Shown here in pieces: positions 1-6,533 of a stretch of DNA of 19,722 nt. Under the pieces are notes generated by a model, which was not told where the DNA came from, did no database searches, and saw only the letters and a program-made list of their open reading frames with translations. Source of the stretch: a virus (lineage: Duplodnaviria > Heunggongvirae > Uroviricota > Caudoviricetes); IMG/VR virus record IMGVR_UViG_3300021319_000003; one strand, written 5' to 3'. Made by a program: the position numbers and the translations under genes. The first letter of the stretch is position 1, and each line of letters opens with the position of its first letter.

Positions 1-31
1 GCGTAACATCGAGCTTTTTAGCTCATGCCAC

Positions 32-70
32 ATCGCCCTCCGGGCGATAAGTTGTCTTGTTTTTTATGAG
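32..70 (+). promoter_or_regulatory. Hairpin + conserved tail element, copy 1 (candidate N4-type hairpin promoter)
   Basis: ATCGCCC-TCC-GGGCGAT (32-48), then AAG and TTGTCTTGTTTTTTATGAG (52-70). The minus-strand loop reads C-GGA-G. The repeat is seen directly; promoter function is inferred. Confidence 0.6.
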
Positions 71-146
71 AAAAATGGTTTGTATTTGTTTGCAATCCGT
101 CTTTCTTGAGCACAATGTCTCCACACGTTATGCTGGTCACAAAACC

Positions 147-382
147 AGGAGGGAGTCTTAGGGCTCCCCACAGACAATATAAAGTTTCGTGCTTTGTGTT
201 GTGTGTGGGCAGTCTTAGTGGCATTAGACTGCTCCCTCCTAATAAAAAACAAAAAACAAAAAGGGAAGTTTCCAAACGGATTGTTTGGAGCCTTCTCAAA
301 GTCATGATATTTTTCTTCCCTGGGCAAGCCTTTTGTGGTTTGCCCAGTGTTTTCTTTTTTTGTTATCATGGTTTCGAGAAGG
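147..382 (+). ncRNA. Candidate structured RNA or 5' leader
   Basis: Closing stem AGGAGGGAG(147-155)/CTCCCTCCT(232-240) encloses a 17-bp stem (167-184/192-209, two G.U pairs) and CAGTCT/AGACTG. Further stems at 271-289 and 291-382. Confidence 0.5.
320..364 (+). terminator. Intrinsic terminator-like hairpin upstream of the first CDS
   Basis: CTGGGCAAGCC(320-330)/GGTTTGCCCAG(337-347) followed by TGTTTTCTTTTTTTGTT. Confidence 0.6.
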
Positions 383-416
383 TTTGTTTTCCTCTATACA
401 GAAAGGAAGAATAGCT

Positions 417-851
417 ATGATTGTTTATATTGTGGAATCCAGCAGATACTATGCTGAAATACCCGAAGTGAATACCGAAGCAGTCTTTGCCGCCCGCGAG
501 GACGCAGAGAGATTTGTGAAAAAAGCAACGCTTTATAATGCTATGCTTACAGACAGCCTCTCTTTCCGTGTTGTAGAACATGAGCTTTTGGAAAGCGAAA
601 ACTTCCGGCCCCAAAATATTGGCGTGTCCATATGGGAGGCAGAAGATGGTTCGCTTGCAAGACCATATGTATTTGCAACGGAAAGAGAAGTACATCCCAT
701 GAGGCGAAAAGAAGAGCTGAACTGTATGAATTACGCCGCCAGCTGGTATGGTGTGTTCCCCTATCAGGAGAGTATGTCCCAAAACGAACTGATTGAAATG
801 GCGCTTGCCCAGTGTGAAGAGCAAAGGAGTATGCACAATGACAAAAGATGA
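417..851 (+). CDS. Hypothetical phage protein, 144 aa
   Basis: GAAAGGAAG RBS before ATG 417. The N-terminus MIVYIV...VFAAREDAERFV resembles a common small phage early-protein motif. Confidence 0.8.
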   Translation: MIVYIVESSRYYAEIPEVNTEAVFAAREDAERFVKKATLYNAMLTDSLSFRVVEHELLESENFRPQNIGVSIWEAEDGSLARPYVFATEREVHPMRRKEELNCMNYAASWYGVFPYQESMSQNELIEMALAQCEEQRSMHNDKR

Positions 852-1269
852 ATTAAGAAACAAACTCAATGAAGAGCGTGGCTCGATGACAGGACTCTGC
901 TCCACCGAACTTGCTTTGGAAGTATGCAATATAGTGATGGATGAATGTAGCGCGCCTACGTTTGCAGGAAACAGTATTGCAGAAACTGAAGTGGGTCACT
1001 TTGCCATAAGTTTCGACGCAAGGGAATTTAGTGGCTGGCTCCGTGAATACGTCGCTACGGACATGTCATTTTACATGACAGAAAGGATGAGCCGGCTACT
1101 GGAATACTTTGGTATCAACCACACGGTATGGTCTGCCTATAAGGGAGTCCGCCAAAAGGACTTCCGGCATATCAGTCTGCCTATGTCCAAAATCCGCAAG
1201 GAATATCCGTACCTCTGGAAAACATGGAGCGGAGAGCCTATTTATCCAGAGGAAACGAGTGTAGCGTAA
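838..1269 (+). CDS. Hypothetical phage protein, 143 aa
   Basis: AAAGGAG RBS before ATG 838; overlaps the upstream stop; ends -SVA. Confidence 0.8.
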   Translation: MTKDELRNKLNEERGSMTGLCSTELALEVCNIVMDECSAPTFAGNSIAETEVGHFAISFDAREFSGWLREYVATDMSFYMTERMSRLLEYFGINHTVWSAYKGVRQKDFRHISLPMSKIRKEYPYLWKTWSGEPIYPEETSVA

Positions 1270-1288
1270 TCAGAAAGGAAGATTTGCT

Positions 1289-1681
1289 ATGAAAAAGTAT
1301 GCACTCAAAATCATCCGTGACAACGTTGTGGTAGTCCCAAACTGGGAAGTAACGCCCGTTAAGTTTGCAACGCTGGCGTTTGAAATGGTTATCCATAAAT
1401 ACCTGCCCGGTTCCTTTGACCGCTGGAAGGTGGTATCCCAACATGGCTGTTCCGTTAAGTATAAAGATGTGCTTACGGGAGAAACTGCATACTGCTGGCT
1501 GATGAAAAACGGCCGCATGGTAACGGACTTCGATGCGGAAGATAAACCGCAGGGGAGTCCGCTTACTGTATTTGCCGGCGGTAAGGCTGTACCGTGTGAT
1601 GACGCGCGCATGGCCGCCCGCATGACTGTTCATGCCATCTTCGAATCCCTTCGCCGGCCCACTGCACGCCGTGCTTCATAA
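1289..1681 (+). CDS. Hypothetical phage protein, 130 aa
   Basis: GAAAGGAAG RBS, MKKY start, tight packing. Confidence 0.8.
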   Translation: MKKYALKIIRDNVVVVPNWEVTPVKFATLAFEMVIHKYLPGSFDRWKVVSQHGCSVKYKDVLTGETAYCWLMKNGRMVTDFDAEDKPQGSPLTVFAGGKAVPCDDARMAARMTVHAIFESLRRPTARRAS

Positions 1682-1695
1682 GAGGAGGTTATCAA

Positions 1696-1848
1696 ATGGA
1701 AATTATCATTGTTGGCATGTTCTTTGCCGCCTTTTGTTCTGTTGCCGCGCTCATCGCATGGGGAATCATTTCCCTTGTGATAGATTGCATTAAGGGCCTG
1801 TTCACGAGCAGTGAGCCCAAGAAGAAACCCTACGGCTATAGAAGGTAA
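1696..1848 (+). CDS. Small single-pass membrane protein, 50 aa (not in ORF track)
   Basis: GAGGAGG RBS. MEIIIVGMFFAAFCSVAALIAWGIISLVIDCIKGLFTSSEPKKKPYGYRR has a hydrophobic N-terminal half and a basic tail. Confidence 0.75.
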   Translation: MEIIIVGMFFAAFCSVAALIAWGIISLVIDCIKGLFTSSEPKKKPYGYRR

Positions 1849-1855
1849 TGCCATT

Positions 1856-1890
1856 TCGCGCTTCGCGCGATATTGTCTTGTTTATTTTGA
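1856..1890 (+). promoter_or_regulatory. Hairpin + conserved tail element, copy 2
   Basis: TCGCGC-TTC-GCGCGA-TA-TTGTCTTGTTTATTTTGA; about 40 nt upstream of the RBS and ATG 1928. Confidence 0.65.
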
Positions 1891-1927
1891 GATGGTTTAA
1901 GGACGCATTGTGAAAGGAGCGTTTATT

Positions 1928-2071
1928 ATGAAAAAGACGTACATCTCGATTGAATGGGGCGACACTCGTACCCGGTTTGAACGGGCCGAAGCAATCAAGA
2001 AAGCCTTGGAGCTTGTAGCCCGCAAGGCAAAACCGAATACCCAGGAAGAAGCCGCCCGCAAAGCGGCTTAA
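1928..2071 (+). CDS. Hypothetical protein, 47 aa, ends -KAA (not in ORF track)
   Basis: GAAAGGAG RBS; MKKTYISIEWGDTRTRFERAEAIKKALELVARKAKPNTQEEAARKAA. Confidence 0.75.
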   Translation: MKKTYISIEWGDTRTRFERAEAIKKALELVARKAKPNTQEEAARKAA

Positions 2072-2085
2072 TTTTTTTGTTTTGT
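2049..2085 (+). terminator. Intrinsic terminator-like hairpin overlapping the stop codon
   Basis: AAGCCGC/GCGGCTT stem followed by AATTTTTTTGTTTTG. Confidence 0.55.
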
Positions 2086-2118
2086 TTGTTGTTTGTTGAA
2101 AAAAGGAGATTGAAAACC

Positions 2119-2535
2119 ATGGAAATTAAAATGAACTTCACGAAAAACGAAATGGCAACCATAGAGAAACTGCACAAGGCCTACAACCAGGCCTTCGGCC
2201 GCGATGACCACTACGAGGTAACAGGCCCTGTCCGCTTCTCCGTAAACCATATGCGCGGCGAAGCTACGGTTACGCTGGCCTTCAATGAGTTCTCCACTTG
2301 CGACATCATGGATATCGCAATCCGCAACAGCCACCTCGTCAAGAGTCTGGGTGCAACGGCAAAAGCACTGTTCGAGCTGGGCAAGAGCACGCTCAACATC
2401 CTGGAAGGCGAGCTCAAGTCGGTATGTGCCAAGTACAAGGAGAAGCCGAAGGCACAGGAGACAAGCGAGAAAAAGCCCTTTGGAAGTTTCGTTTCCAAAG
2501 AAGACATCGATGAAATGAATAACAAGGCGGCCTGA
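2119..2535 (+). CDS. Hypothetical protein, 138 aa, ends -KAA
   Basis: AAAGGAG RBS before ATG 2119; by eye, codon bias typical of high expression. Confidence 0.85.
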   Translation: MEIKMNFTKNEMATIEKLHKAYNQAFGRDDHYEVTGPVRFSVNHMRGEATVTLAFNEFSTCDIMDIAIRNSHLVKSLGATAKALFELGKSTLNILEGELKSVCAKYKEKPKAQETSEKKPFGSFVSKEDIDEMNNKAA

Positions 2536-2594
2536 CCCGAGCAGTCTGTCGCCTTACGGAATAACAAGATAAATGATAAAGGGAGATTGGGAAT

Positions 2595-2768
2595 ATGAAG
2601 AAACTGTTGAACTGGTATTTTGGAAATGGTATTGCGGCAGACGATAAAAGTATTCTGGCGCGAAGGCAGAAGATAAGCCAGGAAGCCAGAAACGTAATGG
2701 GCCAGGCAGTAGACGTGATTGCAACCGGTGCAGTCGTATTCTATGCCGTGGCTAAGAATATGCGCTGA
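2595..2768 (+). CDS. Hypothetical protein, 57 aa (not in ORF track)
   Basis: AAAGGGAG RBS; MKKLLNWYFGNG...VIATGAVVFYAVAKNMR with a moderately hydrophobic C-terminus. Confidence 0.65.
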   Translation: MKKLLNWYFGNGIAADDKSILARRQKISQEARNVMGQAVDVIATGAVVFYAVAKNMR

Positions 2769-2790
2769 TAAGAAAGGCAGGTTGTTAATC

Positions 2791-2958
2791 ATGTTGAATA
2801 CCAATGCAAATATTGAAAAAATCCGCAAACACAATCGTATGCACAGCGAGGGGCAGGAGCGTCGTATCCGTGACCGCGCAAAGCGGAAAATGACCCGCCG
2901 TGATTACGAACGGCTTGCGGAAGAAAAAGAATACGCCGGCTACAAAATCGCCGCGTGA
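2791..2958 (+). CDS. Small basic protein, 55 aa, ends -KIAA
   Basis: AGAAAGG upstream of ATG 2791; Arg/Lys-rich. Confidence 0.7.
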   Translation: MLNTNANIEKIRKHNRMHSEGQERRIRDRAKRKMTRRDYERLAEEKEYAGYKIAA

Positions 2959-3032
2959 TAAATTCTCGATAGAGACGCCGCAGGATAATATCCTCTTGTC
3001 TGGATAGTGCCGTCTCCGTCGATACACCCTCT

Positions 3033-3067
3033 TCGCCCTTCGGGCGATATTGTCTTGTTTATTTTGG
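3033..3067 (+). promoter_or_regulatory. Hairpin + conserved tail element, copy 3
   Basis: TCGCCC-TTC-GGGCGA-TA-TTGTCTTGTTTATTTTGG. Confidence 0.65.
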
Positions 3068-3134
3068 GCTTCCCGGTAATCCCCTGAAAACATCCCCCAT
3101 GCTTTTCACTTTCTCGCTGGGAAGCCTATTTTTT
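3066..3134 (+). ncRNA. Candidate small RNA or terminator with a C5 apical loop
   Basis: GGGCTTCCCGG/CTGGGAAGCCT 11-bp stem (two G.U pairs), inner TGAAAA-CAT/ATG-TTTTCA, loop CCCCC, followed by ATTTTTT. Confidence 0.45.
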
Positions 3135-3164
3135 ATTGATTGAACAGTAAAGGAGTTAATCATC

Positions 3165-3428
3165 ATGTTATTTTGCAGTGATATCGAAACGTTATTTCCT
3201 GGTACGTATCACCGTCACATCAATGCGCACAGACTGACTACTTTGTGCGACAGCTTCCACAGTGTCAGCCATGACAAGCTGGATACCATCCGCAAGGATA
3301 CCCGTGATGGCGAGCTGGTTATCGCCGCCCGCCTGAAAACCGACTATGGTGAAACCATCTTCTTTACCGATAACACGACTTTCAACGACCTCGTGGCTCT
3401 TAGCGAGGAGGCTAAAGTCGCCGCATAA
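3165..3428 (+). CDS. Hypothetical protein, 87 aa, ends -KVAA
   Basis: AAAGGAG RBS and ATG 3165. Confidence 0.8.
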   Translation: MLFCSDIETLFPGTYHRHINAHRLTTLCDSFHSVSHDKLDTIRKDTRDGELVIAARLKTDYGETIFFTDNTTFNDLVALSEEAKVAA

Positions 3429-3556
3429 ATCCCCACCTTGGCAAACGAGGAGCATTAAGCTCTTCGTTGTGTGCTAAAGAGTGCCCCCTATCACTTTTCA
3501 GCATACAACGAAAGGCTTAAATCTTACAGCCACGGCTACCCTCTCATCAAGAGCTT

Positions 3557-3592
3557 GTCTGCTCCGCAGACGATTGTCTTGTTTTTTATGAG
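3557..3592 (+). promoter_or_regulatory. Hairpin + conserved tail element, copy 4
   Basis: GTCTGC-TCC-GCAGAC-GA-TTGTCTTGTTTTTTATGAG. The stem sequence differs from copies 1-3, but the fold, loop type and tail are kept. Confidence 0.65.
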
Positions 3593-3789
3593 GGATTTGG
3601 ACCTCGGACATACAGGCTATATACTAATAATTCATGCCTGTCAACCTGTCCCGTCCTACAGCTACAGCTGGATTATCCTTTCATCGTATACCCTACCCAG
3701 AAGGACAGCGCGTCCAGAAATGTTAACATGTATCCCGCCAAAGCGAAATGCTAATAAATGAGCGGGGCAAGAAAAGGAGAATGATAATT

Positions 3790-4734
3790 ATGGCAACCAA
3801 TGTAAATGTAAACGCAATCGTAAAAGAACAGGCTCAGGCACCGGTATCCCGTCGCGCCGCAATGCTCGCAGGTCTTTCCAAGCAGATGGAAGCAGTAAAT
3901 ATCCTGACTGACAAGGCCCGCGCAAAACGCGAAGAAGAGCTCAAGAACAACACCGTCATCATGTCGGTTGTTTCCTCCCGTGGTTATGTTGGCTTCGTAG
4001 CAGGCGATATCGCAGAGAACATCGTAGAACCCGCGCTGGTTTGCCCTGCAGTAAATACCAAATCTGGTGAGCGTCTGTCGGCTCCCGTTGCTACGCTTAT
4101 CGGCGCCAGCAAGGCTATTGCCAAGGCCGAAACCTATGGCAAGGAACATCTGGTTCTTTATGTCAACGACTTTGAGGCCCGCCGTCTTAGTGGTATGCTC
4201 TCCCGCATCAACAAGGGTGACAACACCGTGCTGACGCCTGCAGAAAAGGAACATATCAACGATGAACGCAACAGCGCGAAATATGGTCAGGCCTACATGG
4301 CAACGGCAGGCACGGTATTCAAAATGCTCCAGGACGCAAAACAGAAGTTTAAGTCCGTACGCGTTATGGGCCACAGCTCCATCTTTGGCTGGGAAACCCG
4401 CTACAACCTTCCGCTCGACATGGAAAACATGGAACTGACCTTCGTGAAAGGTTTGGCTTCCACCATGCACAAAGGGCGCAACTACCGCATCACGCTTGCT
4501 TCGGGCTTCAAGCTCAATGGCAAGCATAAGCTGGTTAAGGCTAACGGCAACCTCGTGGTAGAGCGGGAAATCAAGGCAGGCTCCGAACAGGAAACCGCCC
4601 GTGACCTCTTGTCCATCGCCAACCAGACGATTATCATTGAGGACGCCAAGAACCGCAATGAAGAATTCGTCGGCGACATGGAGGCTGTTGCAGAACCGCA
4701 GGAAGAATCCGCAGGTTTCGACTTTGCCGCATAA
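3790..4734 (+). CDS. Hypothetical protein, about 314 aa, ends -DFAA
   Basis: AAAAGGAG RBS, ATG 3790 (alternative 3781), strong codon bias; weak RNase H-like pattern in the middle. Confidence 0.88.
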   Translation: MATNVNVNAIVKEQAQAPVSRRAAMLAGLSKQMEAVNILTDKARAKREEELKNNTVIMSVVSSRGYVGFVAGDIAENIVEPALVCPAVNTKSGERLSAPVATLIGASKAIAKAETYGKEHLVLYVNDFEARRLSGMLSRINKGDNTVLTPAEKEHINDERNSAKYGQAYMATAGTVFKMLQDAKQKFKSVRVMGHSSIFGWETRYNLPLDMENMELTFVKGLASTMHKGRNYRITLASGFKLNGKHKLVKANGNLVVEREIKAGSEQETARDLLSIANQTIIIEDAKNRNEEFVGDMEAVAEPQEESAGFDFAA

Positions 4735-4748
4735 GTGAATGAAACAGG

Positions 4749-4781
4749 CTGGACTGCTCAAGGCGGGCAGTCCAGTTTTTG
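4749..4781 (+). terminator. Intrinsic terminator
   Basis: CTGGACTGC/GCAGTCCAG 9-bp stem followed by TTTTTG, 14 nt after the stop. Confidence 0.7.
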
Positions 4782-4806
4782 TCGTCAAGAAAGGACGGAA
4801 AGAAAA

Positions 4807-5100
4807 ATGATTATGAATAAAGTATGCCCGAAATATATCGTATTCCCGAAATCCAACAACCGCGCCAATTCCAAAGTAACCTGGACGCTTCGTAAGAACC
4901 TTACGAATGGCTGGGTAAATATTTCCGCCAAAATTCCGCAGACCTGCATTGACGCATATGGTCTGATTGACCCCGAGGTTATGCACCTGCTTCGTACACC
5001 GTGCACAAAGAGCCGTTTCGCTCTCCGTTCCCTGTACAGGGTAGAGGTCAGTTATGATTACCACCTTATCGAAGACGCGGTTATGCCGATTGCCGCTTGA
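4807..5100 (+). CDS. Hypothetical protein, about 97 aa, ends -PIAA
   Basis: AAGAAAGGA upstream of ATG 4807 (alternative 4813). Confidence 0.75.
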   Translation: MIMNKVCPKYIVFPKSNNRANSKVTWTLRKNLTNGWVNISAKIPQTCIDAYGLIDPEVMHLLRTPCTKSRFALRSLYRVEVSYDYHLIEDAVMPIAA

Positions 5101-5132
5101 TAAGGTAACAGCCCCTTGAGGAGGGATTTTGT

Positions 5133-5867
5133 ATGGCAACCGAAAAAGACAAAACAACTGCCCAGGGGGCAAATGACCCTGTTCTCGATTTCCTGGGCGG
5201 TACTCTGGAAGCAATGCTTGGTCCAGACCTGAAAGAAGAACCGCCACAGGAAAAAATCGAGGACGCAGAGATTACAAAAGACGTACAGGAGGAAGAAAAG
5301 ATGAGTAAAGAGAATGTGACGACGATTGACAATGAAACGGGAGAGGTTCTGCAGGATAAGTTCAGCAAGAAGTTTGAATCCCGTCAGGAAGCGAACAACC
5401 TGCTGGATTTGCTCGACAGCCTCGGCTATGAAGACAGCTATGAAACCAGCGATGGCGGTAAGACGGTTATCCTCTCGGGTGTTTCCGCAGAGGATTTACA
5501 GCTTATCCAGCGCAAAGCGAACATCAAGCTCTGGTCTGACCGTACGCAGGCGGTAGCAAAAGCCGTCACCACGTTTGCAACGGATGTTGCTGACTATGCC
5601 CTGAATGGCGCACTTGCACCGACGGCTGGTGCAGTCGTAAATGCTGGTATGACCACGGGCCGTGTTGTGGCCACCGCCGCAGTTTCTGTTGGCGCCGCAA
5701 CGCTTGCAACGACTATCCGCAATGGCCGTGCCGCCGCCCGTGAGCTTTCCCGCAACAAGGATGTTCAGGATGCCTGGAATGAAGTAAAGGGTCTGGGCTC
5801 CGACATTGGCGGTCTGCTCTTCGGCTCCAAAGGCAGTTCCAAGTCTGATTGGACTGCTTGTGCCTGA
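5133..5867 (+). CDS. Hypothetical protein, 244 aa, acidic N-terminus and Ala/Gly/Val/Thr-rich C-terminal half
   Basis: GAGGAGGG RBS; a second in-frame start with AGGAGG at about 5301 (MSKENV...). Confidence 0.85.
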   Translation: MATEKDKTTAQGANDPVLDFLGGTLEAMLGPDLKEEPPQEKIEDAEITKDVQEEEKMSKENVTTIDNETGEVLQDKFSKKFESRQEANNLLDLLDSLGYEDSYETSDGGKTVILSGVSAEDLQLIQRKANIKLWSDRTQAVAKAVTTFATDVADYALNGALAPTAGAVVNAGMTTGRVVATAAVSVGAATLATTIRNGRAAARELSRNKDVQDAWNEVKGLGSDIGGLLFGSKGSSKSDWTACA

Positions 5868-5880
5868 TAAGTAAAGAAAC

Positions 5881-5917
5881 GTCCGTCCGCTATTTTTTTG
5901 GCGGGCGGATTGTTTTT
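5881..5917 (+). terminator. Intrinsic terminator
   Basis: GTCCGTCCGCTA/TGGCGGGCGGAT stem of about 12 bp with G.U pairs, followed by TGTTTTT, directly after the 5867 stop. Confidence 0.7.
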
Positions 5918-5944
5918 ATAAGTTACTCAAAGGAGGATACCGTT

Positions 5945-6082
5945 ATATTTGCTTTATTGTTTGCCTTATTCGAGTTAGGTTCTGAAGTGAACCAGTTTAT
6001 CGAAATAGAAGTTGAAAAGGACGAGCGCGAAATCAGAAGACTAAAAGGCGAACAGCAAAAAGCGCGCGCCCGTAAATCCTAA
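5945..6082 (+). CDS. Possible 45-aa protein with a non-canonical ATA start, or a decayed gene
   Basis: Perfect AGGAGG (5931-5936) 8 nt before an in-frame ATA; reads (M)FALLFALFELGSEVNQFIEIEVEKDEREIRRLKGEQQKARARKS. Confidence 0.35.
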   Translation: MFALLFALFELGSEVNQFIEIEVEKDEREIRRLKGEQQKARARKS

Positions 6083-6403
6083 TCCGAAATTCATGCTTAC
6101 GAAAGGAGTGAGATAAGCACCATGGTAACTATTGTGACATATTTAAGCAAGCTATACAAAACAAACGCTTCCAGAAATATGACATATTCAAGAAACATAG
6201 CTTATGTCACAAACGCCTGTAAAAATACCAGCCCCTTCCCCACCCATAAACAAGAAGAAAGACCACTTACTTATCTCATGGGTAAAAAGGCTGATAAGTG
6301 CCCGAAGGATTTCCGCCCAGGACTTATCCATGGCCGTCCCCATACCTACCCCTCGGGAGGGATTAAGGCACCGCCCGCTAAATTGGCTCCAGGGATTTAG
6401 CTT

Positions 6404-6457
6404 AACCTTATGAGCGCAGATAGACTGTATTCGGTTAGCAAAACCTTATGAGCGCAG
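6404..6457 (+). repeat. 16-bp direct repeat AACCTTATGAGCGCAG x2, with a third variant at 7217-7232
   Basis: Exact copies at 6404-6419 and 6442-6457; AACCTTGTGAGCGCAG at 7217-7232. Confidence 0.85.
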
Positions 6458-6533
6458 TCTTATCAGCAAAACAAAGATAAGACAAACATAAAGGTTAAGA
6501 TAAAGAACATAAAGAGCTTATTTATATATACAA

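Noticed and set aside
52-3579. TTGTCT in the four elements as a sigmaA -35 box
   Set aside because: No consistent -10 hexamer was seen 16-18 nt downstream in the copies checked.
3751-5247. 498-aa minus-strand ORF, and other long minus-strand ORFs such as 12288-13349, 2211-2834 and 10999-11610
   Set aside because: They are antisense shadows of well-supported + strand genes, lack an RBS, and their translations look non-protein-like; biased + strand codon usage can suppress antisense stops.
6122-6400. 92-aa ORF with an upstream GAAAGGAG
   Set aside because: RBS spacing is long (about 14 nt), the amino-acid content is atypical, and the ORF coincides with long inverted repeats. It is not called as a CDS but cannot be fully excluded.
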